In this document: one piece after another, positions 28,101-38,478 of the stretch
Layout: the number at the start of each line of letters is the position of its first letter
Position numbering within the stretch: position 1 is the first letter of the stretch
Assembly: GCF_964194025.1 (NCBI RefSeq)
Contig: NC_134468.1
Coordinates: 87,792,001-87,856,000, forward strand
Direction: 5' to 3'
From: Convolutriloba macropyga
Lineage: Eukaryota
DNA: 64,000 nt
Notes under the pieces: generated by a model
What the model saw: the letters and a program-made list of their open reading frames with translations, nothing else
The model's database searches: none
Told to the model about the DNA's origin: nothing
Translations under genes and position numbers: made by a program

Positions 28101-31100
28101 TTTCACACCATAAATTTAATTTTCTCAAACAGTTTTGGTGAACCGAATACTTAGAGACTAGTGAGCAGTATGGCTCTAAGAAAACTTAATGTCTTCTGGG
28201 TTTTACCTGTTTATTTACCTGTTATCGAGGACGAAAAGTCAAATGGATCAGACGAAATAAGCAATCCCAGAAAAATTAGTTGGTCTGAAAAATGGTAAAC
28301 ATAGCTGGCAGATTGCCAGAAAATAGCCGCAATAGCATTGCAGATCTGCAGTATCACAAAATAGTAAAAGAAACAGAATAAAAAACCTCTGAGATGTTAC
28401 ATTTTGATTAAGAATCTGTTTTATTTATTGCCGCTTCTGTTAACTTCACTCAAATAACCTTCATTCAGAGTGACACACACACTCACTTGACCTTATCGCC
28501 TTGAATTAAAGTTGAAAAAAGTCAATTTCAAACTGAGGAATTCATTTTTGAGAGTGAGGTAAGTCAAGTGTAACCAAAAACTTAATCGTGCGAAAGAACA
28601 AAAAAACTCGCTCCACTAAGAGCAAATAATGACGTCTCGCACGCAATTCAGTTGAAAATGCTTGAACGAATGACCAAAAAGCAGATTTTGACGTCATATG
28701 GTCGTAACAAAAATCTTGACGATGAAATTAAAAAGATAACAGTACAAGTCCTGGCGTACAATTCAAAATTTTTTAAATGACTAAACATAAAACCAGACCT
28801 AGAAAGGACTATTAGTGAATTGGGAAAACCATTTCCAAAAAAATCAGATCAAAAAATGAAAGAAAAAACCCAAAATCAATGTCAAAGTGCCGCATGTGAA
28901 CAAAAAACCACTAGCGAGGAAGCGATTTTTTGTTCAAACACCGTTTTCTCACTCTTCTTTAAAATTAGAGCGAACAAATTTCACGCCGCAAAACCACTCG
29001 CTTTTTCGCTCCATTTCCTGTTTCGGCGTGACCAAAATCACTACTCCAATTTGACTTCAAAAATCATGAAAATGTGTGAAGAGATCTTAAAAAAAGACAG
29101 CGCCCCAATACAATTCAAATTCTTTGAATTGCAAAAAAACCAAGAGAAGCACAATAATAGCCCCAGCTATCTCCGTGCGGCTATTAAAAAAGACCACATG
29201 GCTAATATAATTGATGCAAACTTTATTTGACAGCAAATATTAAACATTTTGGCACCTAAATGAACTAGTTTTCACGCATTTAGAGGGTCCAAAAATTGTA
29301 ACTTACCCTCTTTATTATTAATTTCCTCCACCGTTGGATCCTTCACGCTATCATTCGCTTTCTTCCTGCTTTTCTTGCTCTTGACAGTCTGGTCATCCGT
29401 GGGAGAGAGAGAGGCGGAAGCTGCCCCCTTGGTGGCTGCTACTGGCTCTTCGTAATTCTGCAGATACAACTCACCATCTCCGTCTCCATAGGGCTTAATC
29501 TCTCCTTCGTCTTCTTGGGCTTCCGCTTTTTCCTCTTGATTCCCTTGCTCGTACCTGGGATGCATCGTCGAAAGTTAAAGTTGAACATGATTTTTTTTCA
29601 TTGTGTCACTTTGTCAAGGTGACCAAACGAGCCAAAATGGACAGTAAGAACTCACAGAAGCTGTGCCACCAAAAGCATATCCTTAGTCCAGAAATGCTTG
29701 TTTTTAAACGTAGAAAATAACAGCAATAATGAGAACTGATCACTTCGACTAAGCTAATTGATGATGTTGTTTTGTATGCTTAAATGAAGGTTCACTTTTT
29801 CCGAACTTTTATTATACATGGAAATCAAAATTATGACCTAATTTAGTCGAAGTTGTAAGTTTTGTTTACACCTGCCTCTGCCGACGCAGAATCCGGACGG
29901 TTTTGTATCTATTCTGCCCTCCACCCCCCAAGGATAGTGAGCATATAACTTTTACGTCCCCCGGCGCACGTGCTATTTTCTGCCTAAAAACGTGTTATAT
30001 ATAACCCAGGTCAAGGTTGCCAGTCCGAAGTAACCTCTGATAAGACCATCTTCGAGTGCACACATGGCTTTAGTGCGCTCGAATTACGTGGACTGGAAAA
30101 GACTTCGAGCGCACCTTTGTCTGGACAATGGTCTGAAACTTGTCTGATCAGAGGTCACTTCGGTCTGAGACGGTCTGACTAGAGGCCGATTCGAGTGCAC
30201 ACTAGTCTAATTAAAGGTCGATTAGAGCAAACTTTTTCAAATTTTTTTACTGGCAAATGTTGTCTCTTACAAGAGTTATCAATACATAGCAGCCTTCTGA
30301 TCACAGACTCATGGAGAGACTGATGGGTTGATCAGAAACAAGAAGTTCAGCTGATAGCAACTGCCTGTCCTCTTTGAGAAGCTTCTGGAATAACTGTAGA
30401 TCAAAACGCTATTAATCAAAGCTGTCTAAGTTCATCTATTCAGTCAAAAACATGAATTAATGGAATACTCAACAATAGTTTTTTCAGCAATTGAGATTTC
30501 TTATCAGAATACTTTTAGAATACGTTTTTCCTTAGTTGATTATACTTCTGAAAACATCAATTTTTATTAAATGAATATATCATAAACAATATTGAGAGAT
30601 TTTTTCATGTTCAAATCTATTCTCTGATCAGACTATTTTGAACGCACTTTAATCTGATCAGAGGCAATTTTGAGCGAACATTGGTCTGATCACAGGCGGA
30701 TTCGAGCGCACAATCGTCTGATCAGAGGACAAAACAGTCTGGGTCGGTCTGATCAGAGGTCACTTTTATCTGAGATCGTCTGATCAGAAGCCATTTCGGC
30801 GTGGACCTCAACCTGGGAACGGCATATAAATTGTAATTGAGAGGCGTAAAAGTTATGGAAGGGGGGGTGGTGGTGAAGCAGAATTATCGTACCAACTTGG
30901 TATGGTTAAGGTTATAGTTAAGTTCATTGTTCCATTATGACAGTTTAATAATGTCATTGTTCCATTTGATTATGACCTCTTTTATCGTTGACGAAATACA
31001 CAACTATGCCGCGTTTTATGGTTTATATTGTATTTTTATGACCACAAGAAACAGGATTTTTAGACTTCGGCATTTTAAAAGAGCCGCGAATTCTAGTTTG

Positions 31101-34100
31101 ATTCAAAAATAACCTAGACGCACGAGCCATATTTTAACGTAGTGATTTGAAATGTAATAGCGCGTGCTCTGTAAATGGGCGCGCGTAACTTACTGGGGGG
31201 CACAAACGGAAAAGATTCCAATTTTCTATTTCTTGAGAAAGATCGCTTGAATTTTGGACCAACTTTTTAGCACATTACCGAACAGTTTTTGTAAGACTTA
31301 CACCACCTTAGCCTTAGTGCCTGCAGAGGTACACCTTAGTGTTCATGATTTTTTAATCAGTTTTTAAAGTTTAATCAGTGCGTGATTCTCATGTAAATAC
31401 ATTTAAAATAACCAATTTTTGCGGATTTAGTAAAATTTCAAATAATTTTGGGGTGAAAGCCACAAGCATTTTCTATCAGTTTCAGTTTTTACATGAATCT
31501 ACACGTCACGTGATGGCTAGGCGCCCAGAATGAGGTCCGAGGCTGAAAATCAATATATCCAAATTGAAGTGAGCGCACCAGGGGGCATCCTGCGTTCAAA
31601 AAAACACGGTTTGGAAAGAATAATGATGAATGGACGAAAGTCTGGACATAAGTGTGATTGAAGATTAAGTCACAGAAAAATTAAGTATACCTGTGAGTTG
31701 CTATGTCATTTAGACCACAAGTTATGAACAACCTTTAAAATGTATTTTAGAAGGATGGGGATTAAGATTAGCCAATTTTCGACCACCACAAAGAAATATA
31801 TGCACGAAGTTAAGAACGGATGAATTTAATGTTGATTATAAATACAACACACAACGCTGTAGTTACCTTTGCAAAAAAATTAACTTCTTCCAGTCCAGAG
31901 CCAGATCAGGCAACATTTTTCATCGGAATTTTGATGAAATGTTAATTTTTTGGTCCTTTTCGATTTAAAAAACGTCAGTTTACACTTAGATAGTACACTC
32001 GCATCTTTTTCAAATTGACCACTGAAAACAGAGCAACCTCAATTTGGCGCATGAAAACATGAACCGACTAACGTCGGATGAACTGCTCTCAAACGAGAGG
32101 CTTGGGGATTTAAGTTAGGGGTGTAGAGTAGATTTTTTTAATGGATGCGAATACTCTCACTTCATAGGGCGTAGAGCACGCTAACTCCAGGATATGAGTC
32201 TGACAGTTTAACCTCTGCTATCTGACACTAAGCTAAAACGTTTTTAATTCTCCACTGCTCACAATCGCTTTTATATTAGCAACAAACAATAAGAGCAATT
32301 GAGGCAACTCAAAAATGAAGGAGTGAAACTTGAAAAAGAAACTTGAGAAAAAAAAGAAGTTTCTAGAGCGAAAGCAAAAAAACTGGCTAGGAAAAAATTT
32401 TGTATATGAAAAGACACACATTTTTAAAACCATTGCTTTAATCGAGAGCAATTAAATTTGTGATTATTTACAGTGATTAAATTGCATTTTGCCTCTATTT
32501 TGGTGTGCACTTTGGCGAGTTCTTTTTTTGTTATTTTTTCTTTTCAATTGTTGTCCTTTTTTAAAGTAAATTTACGGCTTTGACGCTCTGTTATAAGCAA
32601 GGAAATCTGTATATACAATACCGGTTATTTGCAGAAATAGTCAAAGATTCACTGTACTTGGCTAAATTTGTACATCGGTTTTCTTTTCAAGTTAACCAAA
32701 TTTCACGAACTTACGAGCTGGGAAATAAAGTAAAACCACCTCAGTTGGGGGTGGGAATTAATTACGTAAACAGCCAAGTCTTCAATTGCACAAGATTGCA
32801 ATATTCAAATGAAATATTCTTCAACGCACTTTTCATTTGCCCCTTGACTAGTAAACTGCCATCATGTAAGCTAACCTACCCTAAAATCTAATTGAGAACT
32901 ATTTAATACATCAAAAGCAAAAAGTCAAGCATAAGAAATCAGTTGAAGTTTGGTTGTTAAAATAATTGAAGTTTGCAGCAATTTAAATCATTTTTCTACA
33001 CACATTGTTTGATAGCAATTGAAAATCTGATCAGTAGCCGTTTTGATAATGGGACCCTCGCAGTAATTTTCCCATTTAGAGCCCCCTTCCCCCACTATAT
33101 GCCCATATAAAGTATGCCTCCAATCATGGTAAACATATCAGAATTGCCATTTTTTTCTTATTCTCCCACTGAAATGTTGAAAACTATCTGTTCTCTACTT
33201 TAGAGCAGACTTTGATATTTTTGTATATGTTTTTATTCTATCAAGGTTCCAAAAGGTTTGTTTCCTAGCCAGTGTGAACAATCTAAATGAGTATATCTGC
33301 ACTGATTATGAGTTACATAACCTAATGTGAAACGATGAGACAAAACACAATTTTTATACGATTGCAAAGCTTCAAAGTTATTGTTACATTTTTTGAAAAA
33401 AAAATGTGCGAATTTTATGCCAGCTCCACTTTTTGTTAAGTCAGTTTTTGACTTTTTTGAGTGCATCCCAGGCTATCATATGCAGTATCAAAAAACTGCC
33501 TGGGTCTAAATGGTCAATGCAAAAAGACTTCGAGAGTTCCGCCTCTAAACAAATTTTGGCGCCTCCTCATGTCAATTTAGCCAAAATTTTGGCTAAATTT
33601 GACCACAAAATATATTTTCTTCATTTTTTCAAGACAAATTACGCCTTCTCTGATGGCATTCTATTACAAAAAATACAATGCCTCTCCAAAAATTTTATGC
33701 GTCTAGAGACTACCTCAAAACAGCAATTATTTTATCTCTCAAGCAAAAATAGATTTTTTTAAAACGATTTGACACAACTTTTCAGCCGAATCTTTTACAA
33801 ATTGATATACTGAATTTTTCTGTTCATTTTCTGTTCGTTTCTTATATTCGTTGAACAAATAAAACAAAGAAACAAATAACGATCTGTCCTAACCGATGTG
33901 TTGTTCAGAAATCACTATGGTATTTGCAGATAACGCTTACCGAGCTTCAAATTAAGAATTGTTGTATGTTTCAGCCAGAGTCAAAAACGAAACTTCTTTG
34001 AAGTTTGCTTTTAGTTTTGTCGTAACTTCGGAAACATTGAATTTGTGCTTTTTTGCTAAATCTTGTTGGTATTTCATTCTCTGAAATACTACAAACTTAT

Positions 34101-37100
34101 GTTTTCGTAAGCAACACAATCTACACAGTATTCTGTTAAGGGGCTCTAAAATTTAACATTCATAAAATGTGGATCATACTCCACCGTCATCTCTTTCTGC
34201 TAACACAATTTGATCATTTTGAAAGCCATAGAAGTCAAAACAGAGCATGGTTGTTCTCGCTTTAGAACAATACAGACGTAAGAAAAGCTGAATTGGGGTT
34301 GGAAATGGCACTTTAGAATCAATGGTGAAAATGGATTGGGCAAAAATTACAGTTTACTTGCGGTATTTTAAAATTGTTTTCTCTTTTTCTCCGATTACTC
34401 TCTGAATTTTTGCGACTACTATTGAACATAAATGCAAAATTTTGTTGGTGCCTTTTTTCTACAAATGTTTTATTTAGTACTGTTCTCAATTATGACATAT
34501 GACAAAAATCAGTTTTTAATTTTTTTGAGCAATTTTTGAATTTGATTGTATCTGTTCTATGTCAAGTGTTATCCCAATAATCTATTTCTACTTTTTTCAA
34601 AAATTTTTTTCACCAAAATTTTTTTTCAAACTAATATGAAACTACAGTCCTTCTTCGTAGCGAAAATTCTTTTCAAAAACATTCAACAATTGACCGACAG
34701 TTAGACAACCCCCTTGTTGAGCTATAATTTTTAAAAATAGTAGAATTATGTAAAACCCACAATACAAAAACAATTGTTTCAGTGTATTTTCTGAAATTCA
34801 TAGTTAGTTGATACGAGATAAAAAGTCTTTTTTGAGGTTGTGGAGGGATTACATCAATAGATACAAGGCAATTGTTTTCTTTTATAATTATTGAGATCAT
34901 TCATGCAAGACATTGTTTTTACTAAGTTTTCAATTTTTAAGTGATATATGTGCTTCTTGCTAAGAAAAGGTGTTGCTTATTGTAAAAACTGTTTTTCGAA
35001 GACAATTGGTTTGAAGTTGAGATTCAATCCAATTAAGGGACTTTAATACCTTCCTTTCTCAGAATTTATGGGTTGCGAAATTGGCTCCCAATCTGAGCTC
35101 GGAACTAGAATGGAGTTTTAATAGATTGACGACCACCATTCTCAAAAAACTGTCATAAATATTGATTTAAATCGTAATTTTTTTCTCATTTCTAGTCCCC
35201 ATAGTGCTTTTGCTGTTGCTCATTATCAGCGTAGGTAATTTTTGCTAACTTGACATTTTATGTTCTACATTCGAAGTAACTAGAGCTCCAAAGTTTTTAA
35301 TTGATTGTTTTGTTTTTATTTCTAATTATTTGGTTTTAATTAATTTTTGAAAAACAAGAAATCTTGAAAATTATTATCAAATATGTTTGCTTGTGTGTTT
35401 AGTTTGGCTACGTTTGTTAACCAATCTCTTATGACTACAGATGGGCAGTTTTGAGATCACTTCCCTGAATACAAGGCGAAGTTGGAAAACGACTCTTATT
35501 GCGTCTTTTTCATGTCCGTGAGATAATTTTCTATTATCAAGGCAAACCGTAAAAGCTCCCTAGTTGTGTTGTTTTATTGTATTTTCTAAAGCCATTTTCG
35601 CTAATGTTTTTAATTGCACTAAATTTTATTTGAAAAGTGCACATTATCAAATACAGGGAGTCATTCAATATGTCCTTAAATCTTATAAAAATCTCGGATC
35701 TTTTCCGTTTGTGCCCCCTCCCTTCCCCCCAGCTTAGTGGGCGCATATTATTTGCGCCCACAGACGCACGTGCGATTTTTTTACATAATAATTTACTATG
35801 TAATGGCACGTGCTCTGTAACTGGGAGGTGAATAACGTACTGGGGGGGGGGGGCAAACGGAAAAGATCCAAGATATCAAAGTCTGCTAAATGTCAGAAAA
35901 AGACTGGATGAGATTGATGAAGCATATTTGAAAACATAACGACTTTCAATCGAGTGGCGAGCAGTTGGCTTACGGAGTCTAACTTTAGCCTAATTAACAG
36001 AACAATGGGTACTTAGCTCGTTTATTAATTGGGTTATCTGTTATCATTGCAACGCCCCTTTTGTTAACAAATTTCAAAAAAGGCTCAAAAAAAGTTCATT
36101 CGTGAAAGGGCTCTGAGGCATTCTCGGTTCCTCTGAAAATTCGAATGGTTTCTTTTTGCCTTCCTTTTATCTAATTTAAGTTTTAAAACAGATTCCTCTT
36201 TTTCACAAACTTACTGAAACGCAAAATTTTTTTTGCCTAGGTAAATATATATCGTTTCAGGTCAGATAGGGTGATGTGATTCATTGTATGGTTCAGAATG
36301 CCTATGAAGGAACTTTCTGTGTCACGCACAGACTCATGCGAACCTTTTTGATAATCATATATAGTATTTATTCTACCCCTGTATCATTTAACCCCGCTAT
36401 CTTTAACCCCTCTATCATTTCACCCCGATTTTAATTTTTCTATAAAATAAGGATTATTAAATTAGCAAAGACATTTCACCATGCCTCGTGAGTTCAAACA
36501 CTCACGTACAAATTTTGAATTTCCAAAAATCTGCAATGCCAGCCAGAAGTTAGAGTGGCAAAAGTTCTTATATACTAAGCCAGAAACTGAAATTCATGAT
36601 TTTAAAACGTGCATTTTCGTGTTTTAAGCAAGGTTACGTTACTCAGAAAAAGTCACTCCGAAACTTTGCCTGAACATCTCTAACCACTAAGCGATTCTCG
36701 ATAATTGCCAGAAGTTCTGAGTGACTTCAAGGAGAGTCACGTAACCTATACATATTTAATAACAATTACAGCACGTTTATTTTTGTTCCCAATGCTGGTA
36801 AATCAAAAAAGTTAAATTTTGCGATGATTTTGACTTAAGAACAGTTTTTCCAGCAAAAAATCATCTTATTTAAAATATTCTGTATAATAAAACTTTGTTT
36901 TTATTTTTAATTTCTTTAGCAGTTGTTCCATCAATTATTGTTTATTTATGCCCACTATATTGCTGATTTGGCCCAGTGCTTTGCAAAGCAATGCGCTGTG
37001 GTGGTGGTTTTGGAGGGGGGCTTGATTCACGAAAGACTCGACTCAAGACGATTTCTGCTAAGACAGAATATTATGCACTTCGTTAATTGCGGAGGGATAA

Positions 37101-38478
37101 CTCATGCCTTGCTCTGCTGTTATTTGCGGTGAAATAAATATTTCACCAATCGCATTTCTCGTACGATCAAAATAGGATTTGTACACAATTTAGTTCAGCT
37201 ATCACTCTAAGCCGAAAACACGTTTCACAGTTCAAAACACTAATTAATGGACGAACTGTCTTCAATTTCGTTTCGTAAATTCATTGTATTCAGCATTTAT
37301 TGTATCAATACATTGTATCAATACTTTTTAGTTTTAGAAATCTTGTGATTGTTTATTGCAAATTAGTGTAATAAAGTGTGACAAATGTGTTTTCGGCTTA
37401 GCGTCATAGCTGAACTAAATCATGTACACCCTACTTTTGTTTGATCGTACGAGAAATTCGATTGACGAAATATTGATTTCGCAAATAACAGCAGAACAAG
37501 GCATGAGTTATCCCTCTGCAAATAACGAAGTGTACAATTTTTGCCGTTATCGGAAATCGTGTTGAGTAGAATCTTTCTTGAATCAACCCGTCCCCCTCCC
37601 CCTGCCACCACCACCATCGCAACGCACTATATCGAACCGCATTACACCAACTCAACAACTTATTGGGCATTACTTATTTTTTAATGGAATTTGTGACATC
37701 GACAGCAATGAGGGGGCGAGGAAGAAGGGGCATCATAATAATAGATCCAAGATGCCGCTTTAATAGATCCAAGATGCCGCTGACCAGAATTAGATTTGGT
37801 GTCCCGCTTTTTCACCCCTATTCATTTAACCGCCTATCATTTAACCCCGATTTGTTCACCCCTGTATCATGTAACCCCTCTCTCTTTTAACCCCTCTATC
37901 ATTTCACCCCGATTTTAATCTTTCTATAAAATAAGGACTTAAATTAGCAATATAATCATTTGGCCATGCCTCGCGGGCCATGGCCATGCCTCAGCGGCCC
38001 GTGAGACTTGATATGAAATTATCACAACCGAACATGGGATTAATTTATCCACTTAATTATGACAAAACATGCCTTTAATGTCGACTGCTAATTGGCGGGA
38101 TGAAATGATAGAGGGGTGAAATGATAGAGGGGTTAAATGATAGAGGGGTGGAAACGATAGAGGGGTTAAATGATAGAGGGGTGAATAAATCGGGGTTAAA
38201 TGATAGAGGTTAAATGAATAGGGGTGAAAAAAAGTAGAACCATTTATTCTACAATGGCGGGAGAGAGGGGAGGGGCAGCTAGTTCATTTTATTTACTTCT
38301 TCTCATTCGAATTACTGTTTATTTACTTTTTCTCATCTCCCTCCTCGATTAGTTCATCTTTTGCCGCAATCTGTTCATCATGGTCCTCTTGTTCTACAGC
38401 GTTTTCTTTGATGGTGTATTTGGGCTTCTTAGAGGACTGTTTTGAAGTCTCTTTGTCTTTCTTCGAACTCTTTGTCAT
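1171..38478 (-). CDS. Spliced host gene, 7 coding exons: 38478-38327, 29554-29307, 26609-26391, 25554-25276, 11136-11041, 2436-2219, 1185-1171; 408-aa charged, Tyr/Gly-rich low-complexity protein of unknown function
   Basis: Six purine-rich islands plus a short putative last exon, each preceded by a CAG acceptor. Donors are gtaaat, gtaagt, gttatt, gtatga, gaatgt and gtgagt. Exon lengths 152/248/219/279/96/218/15 give intron phases 2,1,1,1,1,0 and one uninterrupted frame, MTKSSKKDKE...KKKDKHKEPAQLL*. An in-frame TAA lies 12 nt upstream of the ATG. Confidence 0.8.
1714..2200 (+). mobile_element. SINE-like or 5'-truncated retroposon with 3' hairpin and 20-bp TSD
   Basis: Direct repeat aaaactgataatactcacag at 1694-1713 and 2201-2220; terminal hairpin aatagccgc-N9-gcggctatt at 2171-2197; homologues at ~28770-29185 and ~10520-10643. 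Confidence 0.75.
2219..2436 (-). CDS. Host gene coding exon 6 (GYYYAYDADGGHKYKVYYSADEKKKK...KHKEP)
   Basis: ggttcag| acceptor in phase 1 and CCT|gtgagt donor in phase 0; repeats the YYSAD motif of exon 4. Confidence 0.85.
2531..2590. repeat. 16-bp tandem repeat (caataatttaaagtcc) x3.5
   Basis: Directly visible. Confidence 0.95.
2960..3225 (-). repeat. Dispersed repeat, possibly non-autonomous Helitron-like (copy 1 of 3)
   Basis: Diverged similarity to 23694-23950 and, inverted, to 40905-41162. Confidence 0.5.
3740..7760 (-). mobile_element. Highly decayed non-LTR retrotransposon (R2/NeSL-like RT pseudogene)
   Basis: Minus-strand remnants occur in RT domain order: LFLQNK (~5970), SPDVAAGP (~5540), ITLFL..IFS (~5150), DKAKKTFENV (~4895), Q.GDSAPLRF (~4590), ISVTY (~4435), IELKVNPAC (~4275). 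There are many stops and frameshifts. A homologue lies at ~43850-45830. Confidence 0.55.
10520..10643 (+). repeat. 3' fragment of the hairpin-tailed SINE-like family
   Basis: ccaatacaattcaa...aataatagcc...gcggctatt, as at 2120-2197. The element may extend further upstream. Confidence 0.65.
11041..11136 (-). CDS. Host gene coding exon 5 (HKQSRKHRHRSKKKKRDKTYGEKRRKSKKKK)
   Basis: tgtttcag| acceptor; same basic-cluster and TYG vocabulary as exons 3-4. The end is inferred at AAG|GAATGT (non-canonical donor). Confidence 0.7.
12160..12622 (+). pseudogene. 5'-truncated CR1/L2-like LINE, RT N-terminal part
   Basis: Translates as FPAELERADITPLFKKGD..DPLNYRPIS, QFGFRKKFSSTDAL, AAAFLDLSKTFESINH, YLSNRTQRVII. 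Confidence 0.9.
12623..13617 (+). repeat. 5' LTR of BEL/Pao element
   Basis: TGTT...AACA termini; roughly 95% identical to 19919-20908 by manual count; followed by PBS-like tgttccgctgacccgga. Confidence 0.95.
13712..19970 (+). pseudogene. BEL/Pao gag-pol polyprotein, disrupted
   Basis: ORF fragments from 13712 to 19970 carry Pao-type motifs (KCRVAP, IPKLEL, NPADIGTRG, CLTTRAVHIEV, DGVVRSARVK) and are broken by stops and frameshifts. Confidence 0.95.
19919..20908 (+). repeat. 3' LTR of BEL/Pao element
   Basis: Copy of 12623-13617 (TG mutated to TT), preceded by purine-rich gaaaacagggccggcga. Confidence 0.95.
20909..22140 (+). pseudogene. CR1/L2-like LINE, RT C-terminal part (continuation of 12160-12622)
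   Basis: INNVKS...QGVP*GTVLSPLLFNLFVNDL...QYADDT...LKINQDK...YLGV / IDKDLKY. Confidence 0.9.
21272..21964. repeat. Long inverted repeat, arms 21272-21496 and 21740-21964
   Basis: The 225-bp arms are reverse complements with about 10 mismatches. Confidence 0.95.
22335..22506 (-). mobile_element. Degenerate MITE related to 35691-35874
   Basis: gcatgtgcgcctgtggg...cactaagctggggg matches the reverse complement of 35725-35780. Confidence 0.6.
23694..23950 (-). repeat. Dispersed Helitron-like repeat (copy 2)
   Basis: gtagtacccagctgaggctcag and tcaagcgattg are shared with the reverse complement of 40905-41162. Confidence 0.55.
25276..25554 (-). CDS. Host gene coding exon 4 (KQPDEDNKEG...RYYSAD...YTEDAE)
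   Basis: ttccttgtttcag| acceptor and AAG|gtatga donor; 279 nt, phase 1-1; lies within ORF 25211..25702. Confidence 0.85.
26391..26609 (-). CDS. Host gene coding exon 3 (GEEKNKKGKKGRKKRSSTRTYG...YEETPDK)
   Basis: ttgtcccag| acceptor and AAG|gttatt donor; 219 nt, symmetric phase 1-1, open in the joined frame. Confidence 0.8.
26630..26817. repeat. Degenerate AT-rich minisatellite (aaaattggaacttg units)
   Basis: Directly visible, just upstream of the exon 3 acceptor. Confidence 0.8.
26860..27528. mobile_element. Non-autonomous Tc1/mariner-type DNA transposon (MITE)
   Basis: ~45-bp TIRs ctcgaccgttttgacttctgacatttacgcccctg / caggggcgtaaatgtcagaagtcaaaacggtccag, flanked by TA on both sides. Confidence 0.85.
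28770..29185 (+). repeat. Copy of the hairpin-tailed SINE-like family
   Basis: Colinear with 1790-2197, including the terminal aatagcc...gcggctatt and an A-run. Confidence 0.85.
29307..29554 (-). CDS. Host gene coding exon 2 (YEQGNQEEKAEAQEDEGEIKPYGDG...EEINNKE)
   Basis: cccag| acceptor and G|gtaagt donor; lies within ORF 29272..29565. Confidence 0.85.
29904..30893. mobile_element. Non-autonomous TIR element with internal tctgatcaga palindrome arrays (possibly nested, inner element 30005-30817)
   Basis: Outer IRs attctgc/gcagaat and ataacttttacg/cgtaaaagttat; inner IR cccaggt/acctggg; many (gg)tctgatcaga and tcgagcgcac units. Confidence 0.6.
35691..35874. mobile_element. MITE with TIR ggatcttttccgtttg
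   Basis: Perfect 16-bp inverted termini followed by C/G runs; relatives at ~22335-22506 and ~31150-31220. Confidence 0.85.
36366..38252. mobile_element. Composite foldback-like element with 17-bp subterminal repeats (tctatcatttaacccc / ggggttaaatgataga)
   Basis: Repeat arrays at 36376-36430, 37810-37912 and, inverted, 38095-38230; 11-bp direct repeat atttattctac at 36366-36376 and 38242-38252. Confidence 0.7.
36990..37628. repeat. Long imperfect inverted repeat (arms ~36990-37229 and ~37378-37628), MITE-like
   Basis: For example gggataactcatgccttg / caaggcatgagttatccc and taagccgaaaacac / gtgttttcggctta. Confidence 0.9.
38327..38478 (-). CDS. Host gene coding exon 1 (MTKSSKKDKETSKQSSKKPKY...EEGDEK)
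   Basis: Acceptor cag at 38494-38492, ATG at 38478, donor AA|gtaaat in phase 2, which matches the next exon. Confidence 0.75.

Noticed and set aside
31500-35500. Possible decayed transposase or other coding remnants
   Set aside because: No recognisable motif could be read by eye; a translated search is needed.
37810-38230. Regularly spaced repeats resembling a CRISPR array or telomeric repeat
   Set aside because: There are no unique spacers, the context is eukaryotic, and the arrays are inverted as in transposon subterminal repeats.
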